DNA of 64,000 nucleotides, from positions 8,372,001-8,436,000 of the forward strand of contig CM075993.1 in the NCBI GenBank assembly GCA_038087875.1. The letters run 5' to 3'. Below the pieces are notes generated by a model, which saw only the letters and a list, made by a program, of their open reading frames with translations, searched no databases and was not told the origin of the DNA. A program made the translations under genes and the position numbers. Shown piece by piece: positions 36,283 to 49,900 of the stretch (position 1 is the first letter of the stretch; the number at the start of each line of letters is the position of its first letter). Source of the DNA: Malacoraja senta (lineage: Eukaryota).

Positions 36283-37539
36283 ATATCTAGCATAAGAGAA
36301 GGTTCTCTGTGTGAGAAATATTGGCGTGCATTTACAAGCCAACGCCGTTGTGCAATGTTCTTGAAAGGTCTTTACCACTGGGACCATGGGTTGTAATAGC
36401 AGCTGAGGCCTTGCTGCTTTTGGACATCGCATCAATCTGTAATTCCCAGCCACATTCACTGACTCAACGCTGGCTGAGAAGGATTCATTATAGTTTTGTG
36501 TTTCATCTGGCACTATTTTTTGGCTATTCTGATGCTTTTTCTGGATATAGTTTTTGTCAGTTAATTAGTGGTGCAGATCATTTGATTCATTTTGGTGAGT
36601 GTGCTTATTGATTTCATCCCCTTCAGTGACAAAGCCCAGATGTGGATTCATTGTTGTATAAACCAGAAAAGGGACCAACTGCACACATTTAATTTAGCGT
36701 AGGCTCTGCACAGACTTATTTTGGTTCCAGTGGTTATTTTGGATCAGTGAACTGGTTCAGGCTGTCCTTTGCCTGACATTTGGCAGTGTAGGGTCATTCT
36801 GGTTTTAAAACATCGCTTGGGATAGAAAATGGAAAGCACTAATAATGGAGAGAAAGCTGGCATTCATGGTTACTGCCTGCTTCACAGAATGGTAGAACAC
36901 TCTTGCTGCTTCTGTGCCTTTTTTTTGGTCCAGACCTTGACTGAGGTAAGTTATTTCTTGTTATGAGACACGGATATTTCTTGGGCCAGTTAATCAGACA
37001 TTGAGGTTAGAGGGCAGAGGGCAAACTCCAGGATTATCCTGAGGATTGACACAAAATGCTGGAGTTACTTAGTGGGCCAGGCAGCATCTTTGGAGACAAG
37101 GAATAGGTGACATTTTGGCTCGAGACCCTTCTTCAGACTGTGAGTCGGGGAAGAGGGAGAGGGTTATCCTGGCACCTTCAAAATTGGAAAATTAATTTTT
37201 GCCGTGAGCAGTTCTGACCAGTTTCGAAAGAAAAAAACCTCCTTTGTTGTAAAAAAAATATTTGGAGATGGAGGACGAAAAGGTGAAGGATTAATCCAGT
37301 CAGTCTATTCCCTTTCTAATTAGTCTAAATTGCATGACCATAAATGAATGGTCATGCCCCATGGAGATAGCCTAATGGGTTGTTGCTGGTGGTTGAATGA
37401 AGAAACTTCCAAGAATGCACCTGCCCAGAATTCTGAGAATGACTTGCGAGGCTGACATCTTGATCAGTGAACGGGTTATGCAGAGTCCCAAGGAAGAACG
37501 ACAGAGGAACAATTCTAAATAAGGGTCCCGACCTGAAAC

Positions 37540-37784
37540 ATTTTTCACACAGTGAGTGGTGAATCTCTGAAATTCTCTGCCACAGAAGGTAGTTGAGGCC
37601 AGTTCATTGGCTATATTTAAGAGGGAGTTAGATGTGGCCCTTGTGGCTAAAGGGATCAGGGGATATGGAGAGAAGGCAGGTACAGGATACTGAGTTGGAT
37701 GATCAGCCATGATCATATTGAATGGCGGTGCAGGCTCGAAGGGCCGAATGGCCTACTCCTCCACCTATTTTCTATGTTTCTATG
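37540..37784 (+). mobile_element. Young CR1/HER1-like LINE 3' end inserted into a pLTR hammerhead
   Basis: Near-consensus tail GGCTCGAAGGGCCGAATGGCCTACTCCT..(TTTCTATG)n; TGAAAC is repeated at both junctions. Confidence 0.8.
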
Positions 37785-39939
37785 AAACGTCACTTATTCA
37801 TGTTCTCCAGAGATGCTGCCTGACCCACTGAGTTACTCCAGCATTTTGTGTCCTTTTTTGAAGAGAAAGTCTAGTTTAATTGATGCATACGGCACTTCTA
37901 TAGGAATGTTGAAACATTGAGCCCAGGTCACTCTGCCCTTCAGCCAGACACAACAGTAGGTGTTGATTGAGGTGTGAATGTAGGTGTGACACCGAATGCA
38001 AAGTGTGTCAAATCCTGAAGAGGAGATGAACTTGCTTTGTTTTCACCCAAGCTCTGCTCGCGTAATTCCGTTCAGTGGACGGTCTGGAGGGTTTGTATAC
38101 GGTGTCAAGTGGATGGGAGCCCGTCTGAAGAAGGGTCTCAACCAAAAAAGTCACCCTATCCTTCTCTCCAGCGATGCTACCTGACCCGCTGGGTTACTCC
38201 AGCATTTTGTGTCTTTCTTTGGAAGGGGGGAAACTGCTTTCTTGTTTCCTTAATTAATCTTTATTTGGAATAAGTTCTTGCTACCTTCGGTATTTACCCA
38301 AACGAAAAAGCTTTTATTTTTCGTTTGGGTAATTTTAAATTGGGTATTTCTATTTGAAATAATATTATTCGATAGTTTATTATTGTCACGTGTATCGGTG
38401 AGTGCAAAGCTTTGTTTGCATGCTATCCAGTCAAATCATACTATATATGAGTACAATCAAGCTGAACGCAAGTACAGTAGGTGTAGTGTGCATGAGTACA
38501 ATCAATGCACATGTACTGCAGGTAGTGTCAAGAAAAAAATACCAGTTCAGTTTAGTTTATTGTCACGTGTTCAGTTTAGTTTTTTATTACAGTGAAAAGC
38601 TTTTGTTGCGTGCTAACCAGTCAGCGGAAAGACAATATGAGTTTCATTCAAGAGTCTGATCACAGTTCTTGAACCTCGTGTTACAAGCTTCTGATGTTGG
38701 CGAGGTATTCTGTTTATAATCTGCATGTGATGGTTTCCAGTTGATGGATCATGAACAGAGGTGATAACAGATGTGATCAGTACAATGAAGGTCCTGTGAT
38801 GATCTCTGGAGTATTCACTGCTGCGCAGCTCTTGTTAGACAGCTAATCCGTTACTAACGGACAGCCACACTGGTATCAGCCATTGTGTAACATTGGTGGG
38901 AAGTTAAAATCATGATCATAAAAATAAGATCGTCAGTAAAAGGAGTGGAAGAGGATGTAACTCGCTACCGCAGGTGCATAGAAGGGGAAGCTCGATGGGT
39001 AGGATGATGGTGGGGGGGGGGGTTGGCTGTTTGATGCACAAAACATCAAATTAGTGAGCGCTCCAAGGCTTGTTTTGGTCTTCTTACATTTTATCCAGTT
39101 GTTTATTTAGATCTGCACAGATTTGTTCAGGAACTTGGTAACCGCACAATAGATCCTGTTCACAATCTCCCAGTGGTTGATATTGCTGTCTCTGCGCACT
39201 GATCATTCTGGTGATGCTGCTTATGAGTTGCCATTCCACATTCCCATCACACATTTTGCTGAGTCGTGCTCAAGGTTCCCTGCTTTTGATGAACTCTGAA
39301 CATTTGGTTAATTTCTGCATTAATTGTCGTGGTATTTGATCACAAGAATAGTTAGGCACCTCTGATCCTTGCCGTGGCTGCCAAGTTCTAACTCTGTTGT
39401 TTGCTGAGAGGCAGGATGCTGCATGTTGTTCGCTGGACGCTGTGTGATCCCGACCTTGATGTGCTACTGTTGTGAGAACTCTTATTAGCAGGTGCCCCCA
39501 GGGGAGTTTGCTTTGTTCTGTCACAAACACATTGAACTAATTGTTAAAAATGGTTGCTGGCGCTTCCTGCTATGTTGCTGTGCTGCTGATAGCATGCTTC
39601 ATTACAGGTTAACTCTTTGGAGGCAGCCCTGGCTCTGTGCCGGCAACTGTTAATAATCCTTCAGTGTTGGTGAGTGATGAAGCGGATGAGTGGAGCTGGC
39701 GCGACAGTCCTGCTAATACTGTTGCATGGGTGACCAGGTCTGTCAGCAGTGTATCTGACCTTGAATTGCTGTCTGCGATCTAAACAATTCAGCTTGTCCC
39801 ATTGCAGGAAAGTTTTTGCACTAATGACTTGTTTTGCACAGCCTTTTTCTTCACTGTCTTGTATGATTTATATATAAGTTACCTTGAGTCTACATGCCTG
39901 CGATACTGCTACAAGCAAGATTTTCACTCTACCTTTACC

Positions 39940-40690
39940 TCGTGCAGAAGAGGATTGCTAAAATACTGCCTCGGTTAGGAGGGAGAGATAGATCACCCAT
40001 GATTGAATGGCGGAGTAGACTTGATGCGCTGAATGGCCTAGTTCTGCTCCAATCCCTTCTGACCATTCATTATAAGGAGAGGTTGTTCAGAGTGGGATTG
40101 TTTTCTCTGAAACGCCAGAGGTGGCAGGGAGACCTGATAAAAGTATATCAAATTATGAGAGGCATAGACAGGGTAGGCAGACAGAACCTGTTTGCCAGGA
40201 TGGAAAAATCAACTACTAGAGGGCACAGGTTTAATGTGCGAGGGGCATGGTTTAAAGGAGATGTGCAGGGTAATTTTTTTAACAGAGATGGTGGTGAGTG
40301 CCTGGAACTCTCTCCTGGGGATGATGTTGGAGGCAGATATGCAGGATATGGATTATGTGCAGGTCAATAAGAGCTGGTCTTAGCATCATGTTTGGCACAG
40401 AGGTTGTGGGCCACAGGGCCTGTTTTTGTGCTGTACCGTTCTATGTTAAGATGTGTGGGCCAAGTGTTTACACAGAGTGGTGGGTGCCTGGAGTGCACAG
40501 CTAGGGGTGGTAGTGGTGGAGGCAGATATGATAGTCCTGTTTAAGAGGCTTTTTGATAGACTCGTGGATATACATGGAATGGAGGGATATTGATCAAGTG
40601 CAGGCAGATGGGATTAGTTTACCGAGGCATCACCTTCGTCAATGTGGGCTGCGGGGCGGTTCCTGCGCTGATTGTTTTATGTTCTGTTCA
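39940..40690 (+). mobile_element. Cluster of CR1-like LINE 3' fragments
   Basis: YKERL..GLFSL..QGDLIKVYQIMRGIDRV..TRGHRF. Confidence 0.75.
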
Positions 40691-42207
40691 TATGACAATA
40701 AACAACTTGTCTTGGCATTGGTTGTGGATTTAATGGACAAATGATGATTCAGATGCTTGTATATTGCTATAGATGTTGGACAGACTTGGATTGTCTTCTC
40801 TTGAGTGCCACAGGATGCAGACAAAATGTCTACCATCACAGGTCACCAAATTTGCATAATAGATCCAGTTATGTGCTTGAGGGTTCACTGGCTCCTTAAC
40901 TGTCCCTGGCATAATAAAATGATGGGGGGGGGGGGGGGGGGGGGGGGGATGGAATGGCAGTGGTGATGAGCATACGTGGACAATGAATTGATGGGTATGC
41001 TGTGAGCTGGTGTAGATTCAACGGGCTGAATGGCCTCCTGTGTCAAAAGGAGATGAGAAAACTCTTTGAAAGCAAGAGTTCTGAGCGCTTAATAGTTGTA
41101 TATGATGCATCCTTCCATACGTGCACGCACACACGATATAAATAAATATAAACATACGAACAAACTATATTAATATTACATTAACTGCGATGTGTGTAAG
41201 TCCATTCATCCCTGCCAATGGCAGAACTAGTTTCCTCTTTCCACTTTGAGTAATTCTTCTATACTTGTGACGCCATTCATTGCAGGACTGTGGAGGGGCG
41301 GTTACCCTAGTTGGGGGATTTCTGTGTACTTTCTGACAGATGGACAAAATTAACTTCTGGAAAGCCTGTAAAAACGGAATTTGTTTGTTACCTGGGCATT
41401 GCCCACACTGGAACCTTGATATAATGGGAATGACAGTGAAATGTAAAAGTTGTGAAAGGAACAGTGAAATCACTGGAGAGCGAATTGGAGGCAAGTGCAA
41501 AAGAGGTATAAAAAGTTGCATTGAAAGGGAAAAGGAAGTTATCAATGCAAAAAAAAGTAAAACCTTTTCCAAATTCAGAATATTTAGGCAGGAACCCCCC
41601 GTCATGATATGCTTTTACTGATGCAGTAACGTTGGTTGTTATTAAACATTGTGTTGTTGAAGAGGTTAAGAATATATTTTAAAAATGGTGACCTTGCATG
41701 ACAGATTGTAAAAATTCAGTGAAAAATATTAGCGTGAATTACGATGAACTGCGTGAGATAAATGGTGCAGGGGCATTTAACCGTAAATTCTGGAGATTGG
41801 CAACAAAATGGCTTTTTGTGCATTGTGTAGTTATAATGGTAAATGGGAATCTGCCATTGATTTTCTGGGGAATTTGGCAGACCATGATGCAGACTCGTGC
41901 AGCGCACACACAAAGTTAAAGTGAAAGTCTTTTTGATAGGGCTGAAATTGGCGATACTTTATGGGTTAGATATGTGATTGATTTCATTTATGCCTCTAGT
42001 GATTTAGTCGGGAATTAGAGCATTGCTCCAAAATTGATAACTGCAACATTTATTTTATTTTCTGTGCTAACGTTTTAATATTTGACACGGGTGAAGGCTT
42101 TAATTATTGGATAGTTTGGAGAAGGCATTCCTCAATGCAGAAGATTGGAAAGGGATCTGATAAAAAAGCATTAGAAATTATAAAGGTTCTCAACAAAGTA
42201 GAAATTT

Positions 42208-42507
42208 TGTTTAAGAAGGAACTGCAGATGCTGGAAAATCGAAGGTAGACAAAAATGCTGGAGAAACTCAGCGGGTGAGGCAGCATCTATGGAGCGAAGG
42301 AAATAGGCAACGTTTCGGGGCGAAACCCTTCTTCAGACTGATGTGAGGGTGGGGGGGGGGAGGGATGGGAAGAAAAAAGTAAGAGGTGGAGCCAGTGAGC
42401 TGAGGGAGAGCTGAGAAGGGGAGGAGAAAGTAGGGACTACCTGAAATTAGAGAAGTCAATGTTCATACCGCTGGGGTGCAAACTGCCCACGCGAAATATG
42501 AGGTACT
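42208..42507 (-). mobile_element. Penelope-like 3' end plus pLTR (second subfamily)
   Basis: QYLIFRVGSLHPSGMNIDFSNFR*, then CTGAAGAAGGGTTTCGCCCCGAAACGTT on the minus strand. Confidence 0.8.
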
Positions 42508-43829
42508 GTTGGGAAACCGTTGGGAATGGTGAAAGAGTCAGGAACCTGGGTGTATGGGATGAAGTTGAATGGCAAAAGAAGTTAACGACACGAGAACGAA
42601 AGTTTTGCAGGCAGTGATTGGTTTGGGTCGGTAAAGCACTTAACAATGACACCACTTCAAGGGAGCTGGAGGAGGTTTTGAAATGCTGCAGAGAAGGTGG
42701 TGGTGTGGGACTAGCTGGATTGCATTTATATAGAGCTGGAAGGGATTTGGTGGGTTTCAGTGATACAACTAATTACGTGATCCTGCAATATTTTCTGTGA
42801 AAGTCTTATCCCCATCAGCTAGAGTGCGTGCGTGCATTCTGGCAAAACCACTTTGAGTTTACCAGATCTAGTTGCCTCGAGTAGGAGACAAAGCGGAAGG
42901 AGTTTGGAGGTGGGGGTAAATTCAAGTCAAGTCAAGAGAGTTTATTGTCATGTGTCCCAGATAGGACAATGTAATTCTTGCTTTGCTTCAGCACAACAGA
43001 ATATAGTAAGCATAAATACAGAACAGTTCTGTGTATCTATATAGCAAAGACCATATATATATATATATATATACACATAAATAAACAGATAAAGTACAAT
43101 AGGCTGTTATAATTCTGAAGGGATCGGGATAAAGGTGAGTCTAGTCCCTGAATTACACATGAGAACAGAATTTGTGAGTTACATTTTGGATTAATTTTAA
43201 CCAATTTTGGATTAATTTGGAGTAACCCTGCAGCTAAACTTACGGGCTGATGGTAGACACAAAATGCTGGAGTAACTCTGCGGGACAGGCAGCATCTCTG
43301 GAGAGAAGGAATGGGTGATGTTTTGGGTCGAGACCCTTCTTCAGACTGATGTCAGGGGGGTGGACTGATGGAGTCTGCGCTCTGTAAATTTCAGAAGGAC
43401 TGATGGAGAGTCTGGTACCAGGGGTTAGGTTTGGAGATCAAAGGTGGAGTGTATGGATCTGTCTGCAATTAATCTAGGGATTTGAGGGAAAGCCTCCCTT
43501 TCTTCAGGGTTGTGAAGATCAGAGGTGGGAATCTCTGTCCCTTGTTAAGTTTTGGAAGAGACAGATGGACAGTTAGAGGAGTTATAATGTGACTGATCTT
43601 TTGGATCATGGATTATTTGAAACTAAGTACACATTGCTGCTCTCTGACACGTTTGATGGAAGAGGTTTGGATGTGCCATGGTCAGAGGTCCTGCATGTTT
43701 GGGGAACATTTCTAGCCTGTTTATTGCAAATATGCTTCATGGCCAGCGCTCGGTTGCTGTGGTCAGGAGAGAGAAAGTGGCTGCCAGCTTGCATTTGCTG
43801 TGTTTTTATTTAGATGTCAGTTTTGCCTG

Positions 43830-44135
43830 AATGGTATCACTCTCACCTCGACACAGGTCATGGGTTCAAGTCCCACTGCAGAGATTTGAATGTTTAATCT
43901 GGGTTTGACATTTCAATACACCACTGAGGAGGTGTTGCTCTCTTGTAAATGGTGCCTTTCAAATGAGACATAAAGCAGAGGCGTTGTCTGCCCTTTTCAA
44001 TGGGTGTAAAAGGACAGTTGAATTAAAAATGGAGTAGGAGAGTTTTTTCTTGTGTTCGCACTAATCCCCCAAACAAAACCAGATTATCTAATTACTGCTG
44101 TTAGTGTAGTGCTTTGCTCTGTGTAAACAAGGTGG
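43830..44135 (+). mobile_element. Old Deu-domain SINE (SacSINE1-like)
   Basis: B-box GGGTTCAAGTCCC, then ACTGAGGAGGTG..CCTTTCAAATGAGACATAAA..GTCTGCCC..GTAAAAG. Confidence 0.6.
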
Positions 44136-47100
44136 ATGTGTATGTTCTGCAGAGGCTGAGCTCCATGTCTCTGTCAAGCACAACACATTCACGAGTAATG
44201 AAATAAAATGGAAAAATGCTGGATGTACTTAGTAGGTCCGTATCTGTCATAAAATGTTTGTTTCAGATCAGTAGCCTTTCTTCAGCACTGGAAATAAATT
44301 TTAAATTAATAAGGGGATGGAAGGGAGGTATGGAGAGAACACATTTCGGGCAGAGTGGTTAATGGCTGTGGTGCCAGTTGAATGAGAGTGGCAAAGGCAA
44401 TTGAGGAACAAATGACCTGTGTCTTGGAGATGTGAACAGAATATTAACAACATTGCCAGAAGAGGCTAGAGAAGAAAATGGTGTTAGAACTGAGAGATTT
44501 CCCAAATTTGTTGAATTCATTGTTGAGGCTTAAAGGCTGTAATGTGCCTTATTGGAAGTTCAGATGCCGTTCCTTATGATTTTGTTGAGATTAAATTAGA
44601 ACAAATTTACCGTTCATTTCCAGATGGTGGAAGGGAGAAGGTAAAAGGTTGGGTGTTTCATCTACTGCAGTTGCATGAGGAAATATCTTCTGCCATTATG
44701 CTAACATCAGTCTCATCTCAGTTCCTGTCTTTAGTACTCTGAAGGACCAATCCATGCCCTGCCAGGTATTTTTTCACTCCTTAGATTTCCATTTATACTG
44801 TTCTCTTCTTACAGAACCATCCTGTGCAATTACAGGAGATTCAAATAGTCTCATCACCCCCCCCCCCTTGATGTTCAGGACACCAGCCATACTTTCTGGG
44901 TAAAGCATCAATTGTGCCACTCCTTGAGGCAGTCCTTGGGAGTAAAAATTACTTCCAGTTTTGTGGGTTCTGAGATGATTGAGGCCAGTGTAGACACCCC
45001 AAAAAGAAGCAGAGAGAACTTGAAGTGTGGCTTGATGGGAATGCTGTTGGTGTTCCACTTCTTAGCTTTTTACTTGTGTGCTTCAGAATTCTCCTCTTCC
45101 ATTTTAAGTGGTTATGGATTAACGGTTCCCTGGTATTGGTGGAGGTGTTGCATTTTCCAAGAAGGCTTTGAGACCTTGGTTGATCTTTCCTCCTCTGCTT
45201 GGTTTTATTGTTGGCTGAGAGAGCTCAGAATAGCATATTCTTCGAATCTGGTGTCATACCTATAAATGCCATGTCTTGCACAGCGGAGCCAATTGAGTCT
45301 AATTAGAGCTTTGGTGCTAAGGTTATTGGTCTAGGAGATGAGACTGCGTTACCCCTCTAGTGAATTTGGAGGATTTTGAGGAGATGCTTCCAATGATTTC
45401 ACTGCTCTACTGATTGCAAAAGCACTTTAATCAGATTTGGTTTCACATTTTTAAGGTGACATCTCCATTTATATGAAGCATTAACATATGCATTAGATAT
45501 GAAATATGAGATTCCACAAACTGAGACATTAGGGGTGTAGGTGAATGCTTGTATACTCTGCCACCTACCCCAAATAGTGTCTACAAGATGCACGAAGAAC
45601 GTGGAAACTCCACACAAATAGCACCAAGGTCAGGAATGAGTCGGGTCTCTATGGATCCAGTGGAAAGTGTGTCAGCTTTTGGCAAATATTAATGCAGGCA
45701 GATATGAAATTGGAATAGCACCAAGGAACTGAAACTGAAATTGATGAACTGGAGACAATTACAATGAATTGGAAGTTATTTTTGATTTTCATTGGTACAT
45801 TTATTCTTGCTGAATATTCTGCCAGAAAATATAATGTAATTGTTGGGAGTAACTCAGGAGTTCATATTTAAGATGAGTTTGAAAGAGATTATGACTATGA
45901 TAAATAGCTTGCAGGAAAAGGCAAGCTCCTTAAACAAATTTGATATTGGGTCAGTGAGGGAGATGTAATCTGAAAGTTCTGCACGTCCAGCAGTGGTCTT
46001 TTGACACAACCTGCACCCCCATTGCCCTCATCTGTCAAGACTCTAGAGATTCGAATTATCTCCATAACTTGACCCTTTTGACAAAACACTCAGTTGTAGT
46101 GACATACAGCATCGTAACCGATCTTTCTGACCATCAGACATGTTTAAAGGAATCTACATCAATCCTATTTTTATTCTCCACACATTCATATCATCTCCCA
46201 TCAGATTCTACTCTTGCGTACATAAGGGCATTATGCAATGGCAGTTAACCTACTGACCCACATTTCCTTGGGATGTGGTGGAAAACTGGAGCATCTGAAG
46301 GAAATACACATGGCCGCATGGAGAACGTGGAAACTCTACACCGAATCTGAGATCAGGATTGAGGCAGATCTCTAACAATGCAAAGCAGCAGCACTAATGG
46401 CTGTATCACTGTCGCCCAAAATGTTAACCGCTTATGATCGGGGTTTCAGTTACTTTTCCATATCGTGGTTCGATTCGGCCTTTATCTGCTGAGATTTCCT
46501 TGACATTCCTTTGAACTTCCAGTGTATTGAAAGTGTCATAGAAGCTCAAGTTGTTGTTAAGTTTATGCTCAAATTTAGATATCCAGTTCTTTGACTGAGT
46601 GTTGACAAGATATTGAAAGTTACTGGGGTTAAGTAGATTAGTGGTTCCACATCCAAATGCTTGATTCACTCAGGACTTCATGGACGGCGCAATGATTCGG
46701 ACTGATTTCTTTTGTTCTCTGGAGGATTATATTAGTTGCAATTTTTGTAATGACAATATTGATGGATAAACCACTCAGTGAGCTATTGCTGAAGACCAAG
46801 CAAACTGAGTGGATTGGAATAGAGACACAAGAAACTGCAGATGATGGAACTGATCAAAACACAAAGTGCTGGAGGAACGCAGCGAGTCAGGCGGCATCTG
46901 TGGAGGGAAATGGGTAGACAACCTTTTTGGTTGGAACTCTTCTTCAGAATGTGCCGGTCTGAATACGGGTCTCAACCCAAAACGTCGCCTGTCCATTTCC
47001 ATCCACAGATGCTGCCTGATCTGCTAGGTTCCTCCCGCACTTTGTGTTTTGCTAAACGGCTTAGAATTTGTTTTAATTATTTAGGTGAAGCAGATGAAGG

Positions 47101-48519
47101 AAATACATTTCTTAATTCCTGCCTTTGAGGCCGGTCCCAAATTAATTAAAGAATATTCTTAACGTAGTGATAGCATTGACAGGGGTCAGTGAGTAATGCA
47201 TGGTGTAAACAAAATCCTTTCGGAGCTACCAAAAAAGATAGTCGGAGATGTAAATCGTTAGGAATTAGGCCAGACTGTGAGTAAACGTAAACACTTAACT
47301 GTATTACTTCTCCCAAGTAATCACTGGGGAAACAAATGAGCACCGAGCACTCTGTAATTGGTGATCATTCAAATAGGATTAATGACTGACATAAAGGAGG
47401 TAGCAATCCCAGACAGACTAAAGGGGACTGACAACAACTGCATCTCTTGAGATGGGTGATAAGTATCTACAAGGAATAAGTACGATCATTGATGGACGTG
47501 CATGCTGTTTGCCGGGTAAATTCTGCAAAGGTTGATAAACGGTCTCACAATTTTAAACAGTGACTGAGCAGACCTTAGAATCGATCGAAAACACAGTGGA
47601 GTAACCTCGCAGAAAAAGTGTATTTAGGAGCAGTCAGTTAACTTTTACACGGGCAGGTCCTGTTTGTCATCATATTATTTCAGGAAACCACCCGAAACAT
47701 CACCCATTTCTTCTCTCCAGGGACGCTGCCTGTCCCGCTGAGTTACTCCAGCATTTTGTGTCTTATCTACCCATATGAGAAAATTAGCTTGGCAGAAAAC
47801 AGTGAAACAAGGAGTGAATATGATTCCAGGTGAAAGATCGGATTGGTGAGAATTTGCTAACAGAATAATATTGGTTAAAAAAAGACAAAGTCCTGGAGTA
47901 ACTCAGCGCGTCAGGCGGCATCACTGGAGAACATCGCTAGGTGACCCTGAGCTGTCACACCTTGATCATGGGCACATGCACACATGCCCCAATGTAAGCC
48001 CCAACACATGCAAGTAATGGAGATAAAATGAAGAGTGCTTTGGGTAGCTTCATTTCTAATGAAAGACCATTGAACTGACAGCTCCGATGTTGCTCTCTGC
48101 ACTGATGCTGCCCAATCTTCTGAATAATTCAAACATCTGCAATTATTTACATTTTGATTCCTGGCAGCTAGGATGATTCCCTTCTGCCCTTGAAACCGTG
48201 GCCTATATCCCTCATGGGCCAAAATGGGATTGGGAAGGATTCTGATCTCTGGCAAGCAGAACATAGAGAAAGCCGAATCCAACTTGATACCCTCCTGTCA
48301 AAGTGCGTGGTCATAAGCAATGCCTCGTTTTGACAGAGAGGCATTATGCGATCTCATAGCAACCTTTATGAACAAGGCACTGGAACCAGGAGGATGATAT
48401 CATCCCTTATGCCATGTCTTGAAAACATGAGGACTGGTTTGATGACAATGATTAGGAGATCCAAGAGCTCATTAACCACAAACACAGGGTGCTCTTAGAA
48501 AGGAAGCTCTTCCACACGT

Positions 48520-48996
48520 CATGAGAAAAGAAGGTAGACGGATCTTTCTCACCTTTCACCTCATCAGCCATCACACGTAGCACAAAATCCTCTGTTTTCG
48601 CCACCTCCAACAGGACACCACCACTACTCACATCTTCCTTCTCCACTCCTTACCACTTTCTGCAGAGACCGCTCCCTCCACAACTCACTCATCCCTTCCG
48701 ACCCAAACCACCCCATCCCTAAATATTTTCTCCTGAAGCCAGAGGAGATGCAACAGCTATACCTCCTCCATCGACTCCTTCCAGGGACCCCAACAGCCCT
48801 TTCAGGTGAGGCAGAGGTTCATTGGCACCTTCTACGCAACCTCATCTATTGTATCCGTTCTCATTGTGGGCTCCGATATATTGGCAAGACCAAGCACAGC
48901 AGGCGATCGTTTCCCTAAACATCAACAGCCAGTCTGCCTTGGTCTATGCGATCTCCCGATTGCCAAACATTTTAACTCCCATTCCCATACTGACCC
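48520..48996 (+). mobile_element. Penelope-like fragment (GIY-YIG region)
   Basis: FQVRQRF..LIYCIRSHCGLRYIGKT..DLPIAKHFNSHSHTD across frames. Confidence 0.75.
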
Positions 48997-49277
48997 ACAG
49001 TGGCGCAGCGTTGCTGCCTTACTACCCCAGAGACATGGGTTAGATCCTGACTATGGGTGCTGTCTGTACGGAGTCTGTATGTTCTCCTTGTGACCACGTG
49101 GGTTTTCTCCAGGAGCTCCAATTTCCCTCCACACTCCAAAGACGTGCAGGTGTGTAGGTTAATTGGCTTCAGTTTAAAAAAATGTAAATTGTTCCTAGTG
49201 TTAATGTATGAGGTGATTGTGGTTCGGCGCAGACTCGGTGGGCTGAAGGGTCTGTTTCCACGCTTTTTCTCGTCCAA
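48997..49277 (+). mobile_element. HE1/V-SINE
   Basis: GTGGCGCAGCG head, V core and tail. Confidence 0.8.
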
Positions 49278-49394
49278 ACGAGCGATATTTATATAGGCCT
49301 GTTGCTTGAGGAAGAGGCAGGTCTATATAGATATATTTGCCTAAGGCAAATGCAATAACCATATAACCATACAGCACGGAAACAGGCCATCTCA

Positions 49395-49900
49395 GTAATA
49401 TTGTGAGCTGTTTTGGGCCCCATATATGAGGAAGGATGCGCTGGCGTTGGAGAAGGTTCAGAGGTGGTTTATGAGAATGATCCTGGGGATGATTGGGTTA
49501 ACGCATGAGGAGCGTTTGAAGGCTCTGGCCCTGTTCTCGCAGGAGTTTAGAACGGTGAGGTGGGATCTCATTGAAACCTACAGAATAATGAAAGGTAGAT
49601 GTGGAAAGGATGCTTCCAGGAGGAAGAAACTAGGACCAGAATGAAAAGATATTCCTTTAGAATGGAGACGAGGAAGAATTTCTTTAACCTGAGGGTGGTG
49701 GGTCTGTGGAATTCAATGCCACAGTCGGCAGTGGGGGTCAAGTCATTGGGTATTTTAAAGCAGAGGTTGATAGGTTTTTGATTAGTAAGGGCATCAAATG
49801 TTGCAGGGATGAAGCAGGAGAATCGGGTTGAGATGGAAAGATTGATCAGCTATGATTGAATAGCGGAGCAAACTCAATGGGCCGAATGGCATAATGGCCT
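49395..49900 (+). mobile_element. CR1-like LINE 3' fragment
   Basis: RKDALALEKVQRWF..EERLKAL..RKNFFNLRVVGLWNSMP. Confidence 0.8.

Noticed and set aside
40924..40948. Long poly-G run; also (TA)n at ~43053 and (CA)n at ~61752-61823
   Set aside because: Ordinary simple repeats; lengths may be unreliable.
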